This document shows, piece after piece, positions 29,158 to 41,236 of a stretch of 64,000 nt of DNA; position 1 is the stretch's first letter; every line of letters begins with the position of its first letter. The notes under the pieces were generated by a model that was not told the DNA's origin, did not search any database, and was given only the letters and a program-made list of their open reading frames with translations. The DNA is from Octopus sinensis (lineage: Eukaryota): the NCBI RefSeq assembly GCF_006345805.1, contig NC_043015.1, forward strand, positions 8,556,001 through 8,620,000, written 5' to 3'. A program made the position numbers and the translations under genes.

Positions 29158-29839
29158 TTAAGGTATGTAGAAAAATACAACATGGACAAGAACGTATAAC
29201 TCTTAGAAGACGACACAATAACATGGACAGGACATTCGAACCCCTCAGTCTTCAGTCAAGAACCGGATCATCGTAGTAATTTCGGCTGATTAATCTTGAG
29301 ATTACTAGATCACGGCCAGCCCTCCAAGAAAAACTAAGCAACGAGCATTAGAAAAACTAAGCTGGAAGCGTAGATTTCCTGGAAGAAGGATCGAATGCAT
29401 ACGAACACCAGGACAGCAAAAGGGACAGATATAAAAAAAACAAAAAACAATAATGGAATACAGAGACATGAAATACAGAAGCATTAACGGTGAAAACAAC
29501 AAGTGTCTTACGACTGATAACAAGCAAACAAATTTTTTCTCTGGCGCATTGGAAGAAGCCTTTATAGCGGCGGACGAAAAACAACGGTGTTAACACGACG
29601 AGGGTCAGGAGCTGAAAGGCAGATTTCGGCCAACAGTCACGTGACAGAGAAGAGGGAAAAGAAAAGAAAGAGAAGCAAAGGAAGAGAGAGAGAGACGAGG
29701 GACAAAACGCAACAAAGAGAGAGAAGAGAGAGAAAGAAGGGATCAGAGAGGAGAAGGGATGGGTGTCGAAGAATGACCTGTGAGTGCAGAGCGAGACAAA
29801 GAAATAGGAGGGTAAAGAGAAGAGAAAAAGAGGATGAGT

Positions 29840-29883
<44 letters not shown>

Positions 29884-30259
29884 GACAGATCAAGTAAAAA
29901 TGAGAGAGAGAGGGAGACAAAAAGAGAGTCGTACCAATTATTAAGAATATGTGCTCACATTAATGATAAGGTGGGTACGGGGCGCCTGGAATATATGTTA
30001 AGGTATGTAGAAAAATACAACATGGACAAGAACGTATAACTCTTAGAAGACGACACAATAAACATGGACAGGACATTCGAACCCCTCAGTCTTCAGTCAA
30101 GAACCGGATCATCGTAGTAATTTCGGCTGATTAATCTTGAGATTACTAGATCACGGCCAGCCCTCCAAGAAAAACTTAGCAACGAGCATTAGAAAAACTA
30201 AGCTGGAAGCGTAGATTTCCTGGAAGAAGGATCGAATGCATACGAACACCAGGACAGCA
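29158..30259 (-). mobile_element. 1.1-kb non-coding element with near-identical 261/262-bp direct terminal repeats, inserted in (TA)n
   Basis: Repeats 29158-29418 and 29998-30259 differ by one indel and one substitution; 579-bp GA-rich core; no ORF of note, no PBS seen. Confidence 0.85.
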
Positions 30260-30503
30260 TATATATATATACATGTGTGTGTTTATGTGTGTGTATGTAT
30301 TTAGTGGGACTTAAATGAAAGACAAAAGACAGAGAGAGGTATATAAACAGCAAACCATCGTATTAGTTTAACGCTCGGGAAGGTTCAAAATGGTTTAAAC
30401 GTCGTGGTTTATTGTAGCGATCTTTCATGAACGGAAGAATTCAGTGAAATCCATGTGTGTAGATGAGGAGATGTGCATGTATATATATATATATATATGT
30501 ATG

Positions 30504-30744
30504 TGTTGTGTGGACGCCCCAAGACGATGAAGTAGGCTAGCCCAATACGTAGTTATTGTGGGAGAAGCCTAGACGTCAGAGTAGAGTAGCAGAGTCAGAG
30601 AACATTTGGGTAGACTAGAGGAGTAGAGACTAGCACAGACTAGTGCTGAGTATTGTTGAGTAGAAGGGATCCGAACGTGCAATATAACAGTCGCGACGAG
30701 GATGAGATGCTCACACAGCTACTGTGTAGTATTGCGGCATAACA
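30504..30744 (-). mobile_element. Solo LTR
   Basis: TGTTGTG...CATAACA termini; 5-bp TSD GTATG (30499-30503 and 30745-30749); orientation tentative. Confidence 0.7.
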
Positions 30745-32697
30745 GTATGTATGTTTGTATGTAAGTCTTTTTCCTCTAATATAATATACTGGCAGAGGTA
30801 ACCATCAATGCTTGGTATTAAAATACTGCAATGTTTTTGATACTTAGTAAATTTCCTATGTCATACATAACGTTAACACAAACTTGTAACAGAATTGGTC
30901 GCTTAGTGTAACAAAATTGTGAAAGGAATGTCGCAAATTGTAATAAAGTTGGTCACTGGGTACAGCTGAAGCCAAGCGGTAACAGTTTGATTCGAAGTCC
31001 AGGAAGGGCTTTAATGCGTTCTCAAATTGTGTAACACTCACAGTTGATGTAGCCCTGCACTGGGCTTTTTTGTTGTTCATACAACCTTAACTAAACATAT
31101 TATTCAAAACAGGTGTAAGCAGGGACAGGCAGTTAGATATGTGGACCCAAGACACTGAATACGATGTTTTTTAACGACACGTAAGCTAAAATATGGAAGG
31201 CTGAAACAGTATAAATGAGTTAGATATGTTGAGTATGGGGACAGCGGAATATTCCCACAGAAATTATGAAGTTAAAGCAATAATGCACGGCAAATGGTAG
31301 GCCTAACCTGTAAGTCGAAGCACGTATCAGATATGCACAAGTGCACACCAATAATTATAATTTGAAACTAGTATGATCAGGTGAACAGTTTTCCACCAAT
31401 GAAATTCAGTCAAAGAATTGATTGGACCGGCACATAACGGTGGACAATCAATAGCGTTCACGCGCATAGGCAAAAGGTCATGTTCGCAGTTCACCCCTTA
31501 CTGGCAGATCATTGACATAATTTCATTAAAGAAAATGGTGCTGAAAAGGAGGCACTATGACCGCCGGTGATAATGGCGGTGGGGTGTGAGTAAACACAAA
31601 GGACGTGATAAAAGCAGTCATTCACACCAAATAAGAGGCTGACGTGGGGGCATCATGACCATAGGCGATAATTGGTGGGCGTTTAAATAAACACTTGTGT
31701 ACGCTGATCAAAACGGAGTGTTTGTGCATTAATAGTGTTCATGCCCACACGTCAAAAGTCATGGTGGTAGTACACCTCTTGTTATCAGTCTATGAACGGA
31801 GGGTAATTAATGATGGTTTGTGCTGAAGTGGTGCATCATAATTGGGGTGGGGTTTAAGTAAGCACTAATGTACACAGATAAAACTGCCCCACAATCCTTG
31901 GCGAGTGAGTAAACGACGGAAGTTCTAAGCAAAAATCCAAGTTTGATCCGGTAAATTCGAAATTTAATGTGAATAATCTTGACAAAATATTAGTTTAAAT
32001 ATTAGTCAATTAAACATGGGTAATAATCTTACCAAATTTGGAGCGAATATGTTTTGGAAGTACAGAAGTTATTGGCAATAAACCGAATTTTACTTATTTA
32101 TTCGTAGACTTCTCCCATTCAACGCGGATTGAATTGATACAAACGTAAGTTTTAAACAATCCTTAAAGCATGATTAATGTTTGTAGCAAATTTTGAGTGA
32201 TTGAGTTGGAAACGGAGGCAGTTATTAGCAAAAAATCTATTTTGACGCAGTTATTCGCGGATTGTTTACCATTAACGTAGATAAACTTCACAAAAATTGT
32301 CAGTAAAACAATTCTTATATTCATGAGTAATGTTCGTGTAAAATTTGGAGGAAATCGCTCGGACAACCAGGGAGTTATAGCCAAAAGCTAGTTTTCTAAA
32401 CAGTTATCGGCGGGGTGTCTGGAAAATATATAGTAAGTCATGACCACCCTTGGAGCATAAGATATCAGTGTGTCAAGTGTGAGCGAAATCAGTTGAAAAA
32501 TGTTGAAATGCGTACCGATCATACGCACACACAGTCAGACACACAGATACAAAGACATCTCTTTTATATAAAGAGATACCTGCTAACACGGAAGCCTAAT
32601 ATGGCCCCCTAGTTCCAGCCTCAGCTGTGAACTTGAAATCTAACTGATGACCAAGTATAGTACTTACTCAGCGTACCTACTCGTTTAGATCACCATC

Positions 32698-32734
<37 letters not shown>

Positions 32735-34360
32735 CTCTCTGTATATATACATATTTATAATGTACTGTTCCGTGGTGGTAGGATCAAAGAAGAAATTACA
32801 CCATCTGGTGAGAGATAAATATTTAATAGACACAGTACATGTTATATATGCTACTAATATTTTTATATGTTCAGAAATACTTCAAATATATACTTATCAG
32901 GCACAAACCACATATCATAACGAATTAAGAACTGAATGAGAGAAGAAACGCGAAACGTTGTGGCTGTGGTTGTTAGGTTCAATACACATCAAGGACAGGT
33001 GTCTATACATTTTCCATAATCATAAGTCAAAGTTACTTTCTTAAATCTTATGAAACAAAAAATTAATACGAAGGAAAGTGAAATCTTGCATTTATATTTC
33101 AAGGAGTGAAGGACCATCTTAAATTAAATATGTACCTATTAAATTTTAGAAATGCTCCTGGCCTCTAATTGATATCTGAGATGTTGATGTAACTGGACAA
33201 GTAACCATCATAACACCATGTTGGAAGGTACTCACGATATGACGACAGTGTTATACCGTAACATAATTTCATGCTTTTTTTGTTACACATAGCCTATAAT
33301 GTGATTCAGCGACTCTGACAACCATTGTGATATTTAAATCTTCTCTTCACTTTTATAATGCATTGTCATGATCTTACAGTATGACGTCTGAGATACCAGA
33401 CACTATCGCCACTGAATTTTTTTTATTCTTAACTTTGAGATGTCTCCTTCGATATATTACTTTTTTACTTCAACTCTTGTACTTCCGTACCATTGTAATC
33501 ATAACTTCCCCTCAAGCCCGACATCTCAGTCACTATTTTTCTGAATCAGTGCATAATATTCACAATCCTGATCAATATATTAATATCACCATCAACACAA
33601 TTCCCATAACGACAAAAAAAACCATAGAAATGTCAGGCTTTCAAACACGAGCACCAAGTTTAATATCGCCATAAACCAATATATAAACGTCACCCACTTC
33701 ATAAATCAGCAATTGAATCGTTAATTTACACAAGTGTTACTGATTAAAAGAAAAAGGAACAACAACACTTAAGATGTTACACTCAGCTTCAATAAGATCA
33801 CGTGTTTAATGCTTTATTTATATGAAATAATTGTTGTTAAATCTCCACTGCAACAAACAAATTATGGAGGATTAATAATGACATTAGGTGAGACGTTCGA
33901 ATGTAATCCGGATTATGTTTTGCGGTTATTTCTATTTAGGGATCGAAGTTAATTGAATTCCATTAGGGGTGTATCTTGTTGGAAGAAATCCAGGCCAAAC
34001 AATTGATTTTGTTTCTATTTAGAAAATTATTACCCATAAAGAGGTCAGTGGCAATAATGTAAGTTTATGTGTTTAAGTAATAACGAAAACATGTTCTAGC
34101 TTTAGATTGAATCGTTGGAAGTGGTGTATTTTTATATATATACATATATATATATATGTATGTTTGTGTGCGTGTGATTCTGTATGAGTGTGTCGGTGAG
34201 TGTGTGTTTATATGTGTGTGTGAAAAGGAGACAAATATTTTTAGTCATAAGAATTTTGAAGCCTTTGGAATCGAAGGTTAGCAACTGCACGTTTGCATGT
34301 GCACGGTGATTATGGAAAATATTATGGTGGGTATATCTATATATATATATATATTTATAC

Positions 34361-34461
<101 letters not shown>

Positions 34462-34920
34462 GGGTGCATCGTCAATAATCCACACAGACACGCATATATA
34501 TATTCCACTTGGGATTTAAGTTTCGTCATTTCCTTATCACATGCCTAGGTTTGAATTTCACTAATTAAGGTGAATTCAAATATTCAGCTGCAACGCCCGC
34601 ACGTACGCACATACACACACGTGTGTGTTTGCGTGCGTGCGTGTGCGTGTATGTATGTGTGTGTGTGTTAGTATATATCACACTGGTGATAGTCTCTTCG
34701 GTAGCTGACGGCAAGGGGCTTCATGCGAAACTACCTCTCGTCACAGCTGCATGCACCTTTGTGAATGGATATCATCGGTTTACAACCTTCTCATTCTTCT
34801 GATCCTATTGAACATTATGTTACTAACATTAGAATTAGCCATTTCAATTCAATCACTAATCATGTGATTTTATACATCGAAGTTTTCTTCCTGCTGCCTG
34901 AGTATCTTCAAATGCTTTAG

Positions 34921-35005
34921 CGACCTAAGCCCCTTCAGAATTATAGCGCTGGATGCATCTATGGAACCAATAGTGCATATAACTCTGTATCACAAAATGA
35001 AAGTG
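34921..35005 (+). CDS. Candidate exon 6: (H)DLSPFRIIALDASMEPIVHITLYHKMKV
   Basis: Acceptor gctttag, donor GTG|gtaaca; two frames open, phase 2 to 0 chosen to fit the chain. Confidence 0.25.
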
Positions 35006-35804
35006 GTAACACTCATCTACATTTTAGGGAATGCTAAACACTAAACCGAATTACTAATGTAATCGTTGTTGACGATTTTGTGACAAATATTTATTTTGGA
35101 AAGACATGTTTTTATTAAACTGGCAGTCAAACAACTTTGGTCTCAACATAAATTTTGTGTGGGATATTTTTGGGGTTTTGCTTTTGGTTTTGTATAATTT
35201 GATAAGATCTAGGCCATGCCTGTCTCCCTGTTTCTAGTATCAAAGTTTTGTATACGGGGATACACTTGTACGCATCCATACAAGAACATATTTATGCTCC
35301 AAATTATGAGCTAAACATGCTGCAGAATAATTAAAATTTGAGCGTAGTGAAAGACAGTAAATAATAATGTTTGCCATTTTCAAATCCTTAATCGTCTTCG
35401 TTCTAGATTGCATTTCAATTAGTTGTTTGAAATTAATTAAAACAGATTCAGCCCAGAAATCCCTTTGTTAGTTTATTATCTAGAACTATTTGTCGTTCTC
35501 TCTTAATTATTTAACTTTCATGCTTTTTCTTTGCATTGTTCTTTAATAATTCAATGCGAATTTTAAATATTACTTGGTTTCATTGTTTTTGTTTGGTTTT
35601 TATTTCATACAGACTTCCCTGTTTTAACACTTTATGTTGTCTAATCCTTAATATGTTTTGTTTTGTCCATAATCTCGCTTTCAGTAATTTTCAACCTCGC
35701 TCTCTGAAGTGTGATTATTTCAAGTTCCTTTGACAGTACCTATCTCAACAGCCATCATGTATGTATGTGTGTATGTACATGCATACACGCATACACACAC
35801 ACAA

Positions 35805-35868
<64 letters not shown>

Positions 35869-35915
35869 ATAGATATATACATATATGTGTACGCGCGCCT
35901 GAATTTGCACATGCA

Positions 35916-36183
<268 letters not shown>

Positions 36184-36194
36184 ATTCACCAATA

Positions 36195-36252
<58 letters not shown>

Positions 36253-36719
36253 TATATACATATATAAGTGTGAGTGCGTGTGTATTTGTTGATTAAAATC
36301 ATTCTCTGCATTCCAGTATTTGTGATTAAAACCAGTGAGTTTGTTTTTACTCTCTTCTTAATATTTTCTCTTCAACACCATATTGTTGATACAGCACATA
36401 AAATTTTATAGCCTTCCTTATTGTCAACATCTCTTTGATGACGTCATTTCGACTCCATCATTCAATGTGTAATGTAATCATTAATTAAGATTAATCCCCG
36501 TGTGAAAATAGCATATCTGCATGTTTGAAATGTAAGTTAAATTATAATTCATATTATCGTGGTTTCGGCAATTTCATGTGAACTGCTACTATACAAACAT
36601 TTGTATTGCTTTGTTCTTTTATTTTGTTATGCATTTTCTTTCTTCCATGTTAAATTTGCTTTGATTTCTGTGTGATATATTTTGTGATATCTGCTGTTAT
36701 TTCAAAGTTCCTAGTGTTA

Positions 36720-37200
36720 TATAGTGTTGTGAAGAAGTATGTGTAGCGTTACTTATTTATTGAATAGATATTATATTCCATATTCTTTCACGATTTATTT
36801 TATCTGGTAATATCTTATGGCTACTGTCTATAATATTCATCTTTTTTCTTTTTCTTCTTATCAGGGTCGAAATTTTGTTGGATATTGTATTTCCATTATG
36901 TACACAATATGTTTTCCAATTGTAATCGCTGTTGCTCTGGAGGGGGCGGTATTTGTAATATATACGTTCCAGTAGGAAATTTTCATCTTTATTCATTGAG
37001 TAAGCTCTAGGAGAATATAATGTATGGTTTAATATAATATTTCGCTTAACATATCGTGCAGAGTTATGTTATACACTTTTGAGCTCTTTCTTAGAATTGT
37101 TGAACGGCTAGGAAATATAGGATATTGGAGGAGTATGTAAGACATACGGGAGAAATGTGTAGAGTTAACCCTGAAGTGTTATGAATTCCTCAGAAACCTT
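36720..37200 (-). mobile_element. Possible degenerate retroelement (PLE-like) fragment
   Basis: Semi-open minus frame with loose resemblance to a PLE thumb region; weak. Confidence 0.25.
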
Positions 37201-38300
37201 GCTACATATCTTGAACTACCTAACTTGACAAACCACGGCACGAAAGGCACTTGTATGGATACAGATGAATGCAATGCTGAACGCAGAAGGTCCTAAATGA
37301 GTTTGCTATATCCACGAATTTCCTCGCGCGAAACACTATTCTGAACAACTGAGTCCTAGCCAAATATCATTTGATGAGAGCAAATGTCAATTATATGGTC
37401 GGTCCTACTATAAAGTGTTAGGCGTGATACATAATCATCTAGTAGAGAGCTAGTAACAAAAAGTAATAAAGGGTGGCTATTCAGCTTGTTAGATGAAGTG
37501 ATTAAGAAACAAGTGTCGTGATACACAGCATGAACGAACATCATAATTTCCTTCACGATATATCTATTGACAGAGATAGAGATGTTTTAGCCTAGTGCTC
37601 CAAATAAAAATTAAAGCTAAACAATGAGCTGTAGTAGCGGAGGGGTATCCTTTCAGAGAAATCCCAATTGTTTCATTGGATGACGATATATGCTTGAGCT
37701 ATTCAGTCACAAGTAAATGTTTATTGATGGCTTACTGTACATTTTTTTGGCTGTATCAGAAATATGCTCTATTCTGTGACGCGGCGATTGGATCCGAAAC
37801 ATCGGTAGCTACAACTGTGATATGAGAGGTGATGTGTACAAAATCATCCAATTTTAATGGTGTACATAACGACATATTATCGTGATATGCATATGTTTAG
37901 GGACTGTTTTCTAATGGCTACCCTAACAAGCAATGCACAAAATGTTTCCCAGTACATTGTACGGGATTGTTATAGAAAAGTGATGATAACAACCTGATGA
38001 TTAGGGAACATTTCCTTCTCAAAATTTATATATAGACTCCTTCTTTTCTCCGTTTCCCATATTTCTCACCATGGCAACTAAACGGTAGCCCCGAGTGACT
38101 TGCAAACCTGCTCACACCATTGCCCACACAATTTTACCCCAAGTGTAAATTTGGGCGCCAATCCGCACCCATCTACCACCCATTAAACAGTTCCCGTCCC
38201 AAAATGAGACAAATAACCAAGAAAGCAAACAAGTTTGGCGCATTTCAGCTTTATAGATATTGATTAAAATTTTAACCTGTATTCTTGTTATTCTCGTCAG

Positions 38301-38397
38301 CAGGTTGATCCGGGAACGATGTGTGATCACCACTATATTTACCCAATACACTCTCTACCCCAGAAAATACATTCTAGAGAACGCAGGAATCACGCAG
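38301..38397 (+). CDS. Candidate exon 7: QVDPGTMCDHHYIYPIHSLPQKIHSRERRNHA(G)
   Basis: Strong NAGNAG acceptor tcttgttattctcgtcagcag, donor CAG|gtattg; two frames open. Confidence 0.4.
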
Positions 38398-38584
38398 GTA
38401 TTGTGAATTAGATGTATTTTCCTCAATGGAAAACTTTCAGCAGTACTATGAGCTAATTGTCTGGGACCAAATTTCAGAGACATAATCAAAATTTCAGGAA
38501 TAGACATGAATTTTATCTTCCGTTTCATATCGCATCATATGCCCATTAGATGTATCCTTTCTCATTACTTCTTAGTATTCCTAC

Positions 38585-38812
38585 TTCTTTATTACCCACA
38601 AGGGGCTAAACTTAGAGGGGACAAACAAGGACAGGCATAGGTATTAAGTCATTTACATCGATCCAAGTGCGGAACTGGTACTTAATTTATCGACCCCGAA
38701 ATGATGAAAGGCAAATTCAACCTCGGCTGAATTTGAACTCACAGCGTAACGGCAAACGAAATACCGCTCAGCGTTTCGCCCGGGGGCTAACTTTTCTGCC
38801 AGCTCGCCGCCT
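38585..38812 (-). mobile_element. SINE family B, near full length
   Basis: Head ggcggcgagctggcag on the minus strand; shared core. Confidence 0.9.
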
Positions 38813-39219
38813 TCATTACTTCCTAGTATTACGTCTTAGATTTATTTCTACGGATGCGAAAATATTTGTGGTGCATCATTTGTGCTTGAACGCGGGGCGG
38901 CTATGGTGGATTATGCGTTTGGATTCACTTTTATGTTTTTGACACTGAGGGTATAGGTATGATGGCTAGGATAAACAGGTTTTATTGTGTAAACGTGACT
39001 CGAGATGCGTCTCTTTTCATTTCCTTCTGCAGTTCAGCTTGTCATTCTTCTACATTTATACTGGATTCCATTTGTCTGTCAATCATTTTCTCGTAATGTC
39101 ATTGTACGTATGCCTTTACTTTCCAGAATATCGGTAGATTAAGGTTTGTATATACATATATAATTGATCTCTCAAGCCACTCTGTTTCTCGGCGTCTTCC
39201 TTTTCTTCTAGTACATCTG

Positions 39220-39226
39220 CTGTCAA

Positions 39227-39286
<60 letters not shown>

Positions 39287-39304
39287 CATTATTATTATTA
39301 TTAC

Positions 39305-39352
<48 letters not shown>

Positions 39353-39372
39353 TATTATTATTATTATTACTA

Positions 39373-39403
<31 letters not shown>

Positions 39404-39452
39404 TATTACTGTTATTATTATTATTATATTATTATTATTATTATTATTACTA

Positions 39453-39500
<48 letters not shown>

Positions 39501-39567
39501 TATTATTATTATTACTATTATTATTATTATTATTGTTGTTGTTATTTATTATAAGTAGTAGTAATCA

Positions 39568-39599
<32 letters not shown>

Positions 39600-39606
39600 A
39601 TAGTTA

Positions 39607-39662
<56 letters not shown>

Positions 39663-39680
39663 TCATTAGTATTATTATTA
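39220..39680. repeat. Compound (ATT)n/(ACT) then (AGT)n microsatellite
   Basis: Direct reading. Confidence 0.95.
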
Positions 39681-41119
39681 TTGCAAATTTTGTTTTTGTT
39701 GTATTAATTTACTTTTTTTCTCTCTCTCTTTATTGTATTTTGTTACTGGAACAGCCGTTTGATTCTCAAGAGAAAATACAAAAACAATAAAGGAAATGTG
39801 TTGCTGACAATAATATTTGTTTTCAGCAGCATAATTTTCATAACACAAACACAATTTTATCGTTTTCCCTGCCATCACTTCGACCGGTGTCACACCCATA
39901 CCATCTCGTGAAGCAGCACTATCATCTTTGTTTTTAATTTAAACCTTGTAGTCGTTCTTACAAGGTTTTTCATGATGATGATCATTATTATTGTCATCGT
40001 TGTCGTCGTCATTGTTTTCGTAGTGGTCATCGTGTTCGTAATCGACATAATCATCAAGATAATTCTGTGTTTTTGCCTTCTTAACAACAAATGGCTAAAC
40101 GATACATAGGAAGAATGATAAACAGAGGGACAGATTAGTGGCGTGTAGACGGAGAAGCAAAATAGGCAAAGCTACAAGGAAATGTGAAATCAGTTAAAAA
40201 ATTTTACATGTGTACAGCTTGGATATAAAATATAAAACACAATTACTTTGATATACAAAAACAAATCACAAACAATCACAATATACTGGACATTGTTTAA
40301 ATAGAATAAAAGCAAAATAAATCTTCAGATTTCTCGTGTAGATGATCGTGATGATTTCTCGTGTAAATATTCGTGCTTCATTTCCCACGGTGTTTGAAAC
40401 TGTATGCCATTGTACGTATGCCTTTACTTTCCAGAATATCGGTAGCATTTTCTGCGTGGGTTGCTTTATGAAGCAACACGTGTCAACTGGAATTATTTTA
40501 TTGTGCTTTAATCCAGATATTTTTTTGTTCTTTAATCCAGTTTTTTTGCTGTAATCCAGTTTTTATATTTTATTATTAGGACTCAATGTTTAGCAGAGTT
40601 CAAACAGAGGAGACTTTGTTGATTCAGTTATATATTCATGTAATAAGTACAAAGAAACTATGATGTTCTCTTAATAAGTTCCAATTAATCGTTCTCAGGT
40701 CAATGAATTTAAACCCAAGATTCCCGTCGTGCATATCTTCCTGTAATGCTTTACTCTGTTGGGTGGTGTTCATCAGTATTTGGAGGAATGGGTATCTCCA
40801 CAAACGATGCAGTTTTTCATGAAACGGCATAACAGAAACCTCCTAAACTTTATCATAAAAATGGGAATTCCTTTCACTTAAATTAAGTGATTCTTTGTTG
40901 TTTGGTACATTTGCCCAGTGACATTTTGGTATTATTTTTTTCACATTCACCTTCATCTCGTTTATTTGCATCGTTAGTTTATGTACTGGACAACCGTCTT
41001 GCCAAAACGAAATATAGTGTTCTCAATTGAGATACCCAGAATATCTTAATTATTCTAAACAAAGTCGATCTCCTACGATACTAGAAGAAACAGCATTTCA
41101 TCTTATCTGCTGCAATCAG

Positions 41120-41236
41120 GATTGGGAATAAGTGAAGGAATAAATACGTGCACATTCGAAATTACGTTTAACGAACAAAATGATTTGTTTACTGGATATT
41201 TGCAACATAATCTCCTCAAATTATCTCCCACAAAAG
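41120..41236 (+). CDS. Candidate exon 8: (G)LGISEGINTCTFEITFNEQNDLFTGYLQHNLLKLSPTK
   Basis: Acceptor catttcatcttatctgctgcaatcag, donor AAG|gtataa; 117 nt; only the phase-1 frame is open. Confidence 0.45.

Noticed and set aside
29158-30259. Direct repeats as a CRISPR array or canonical LTR retrotransposon/TRIM
   Set aside because: Only two long repeats in eukaryotic DNA; no spacers, PBS, PPT or TSD seen.
30856-31080. 74-aa minus-strand ORF with protein-like composition
   Set aside because: No convincing splice donor and no recognisable motif; left uncalled.
32931-32960. HHR-like CUGAAUGA...CGC-GAAACGUU
   Set aside because: Extra core base, broken stem II and no adjacent stem I; at best a heavily decayed relic.
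34700-34736. GGUAG-CUGACGG...GAAA-CUACC hairpin resembling a hammerhead
   Set aside because: No stem I, A9 missing, and the topology is incompatible with a hammerhead.
37245-37850. EGF-like words CMDTDECN and NIGSYNCD
   Set aside because: About 500 bp apart, with no splice sites or cysteine spacing to link them; chance resemblance.
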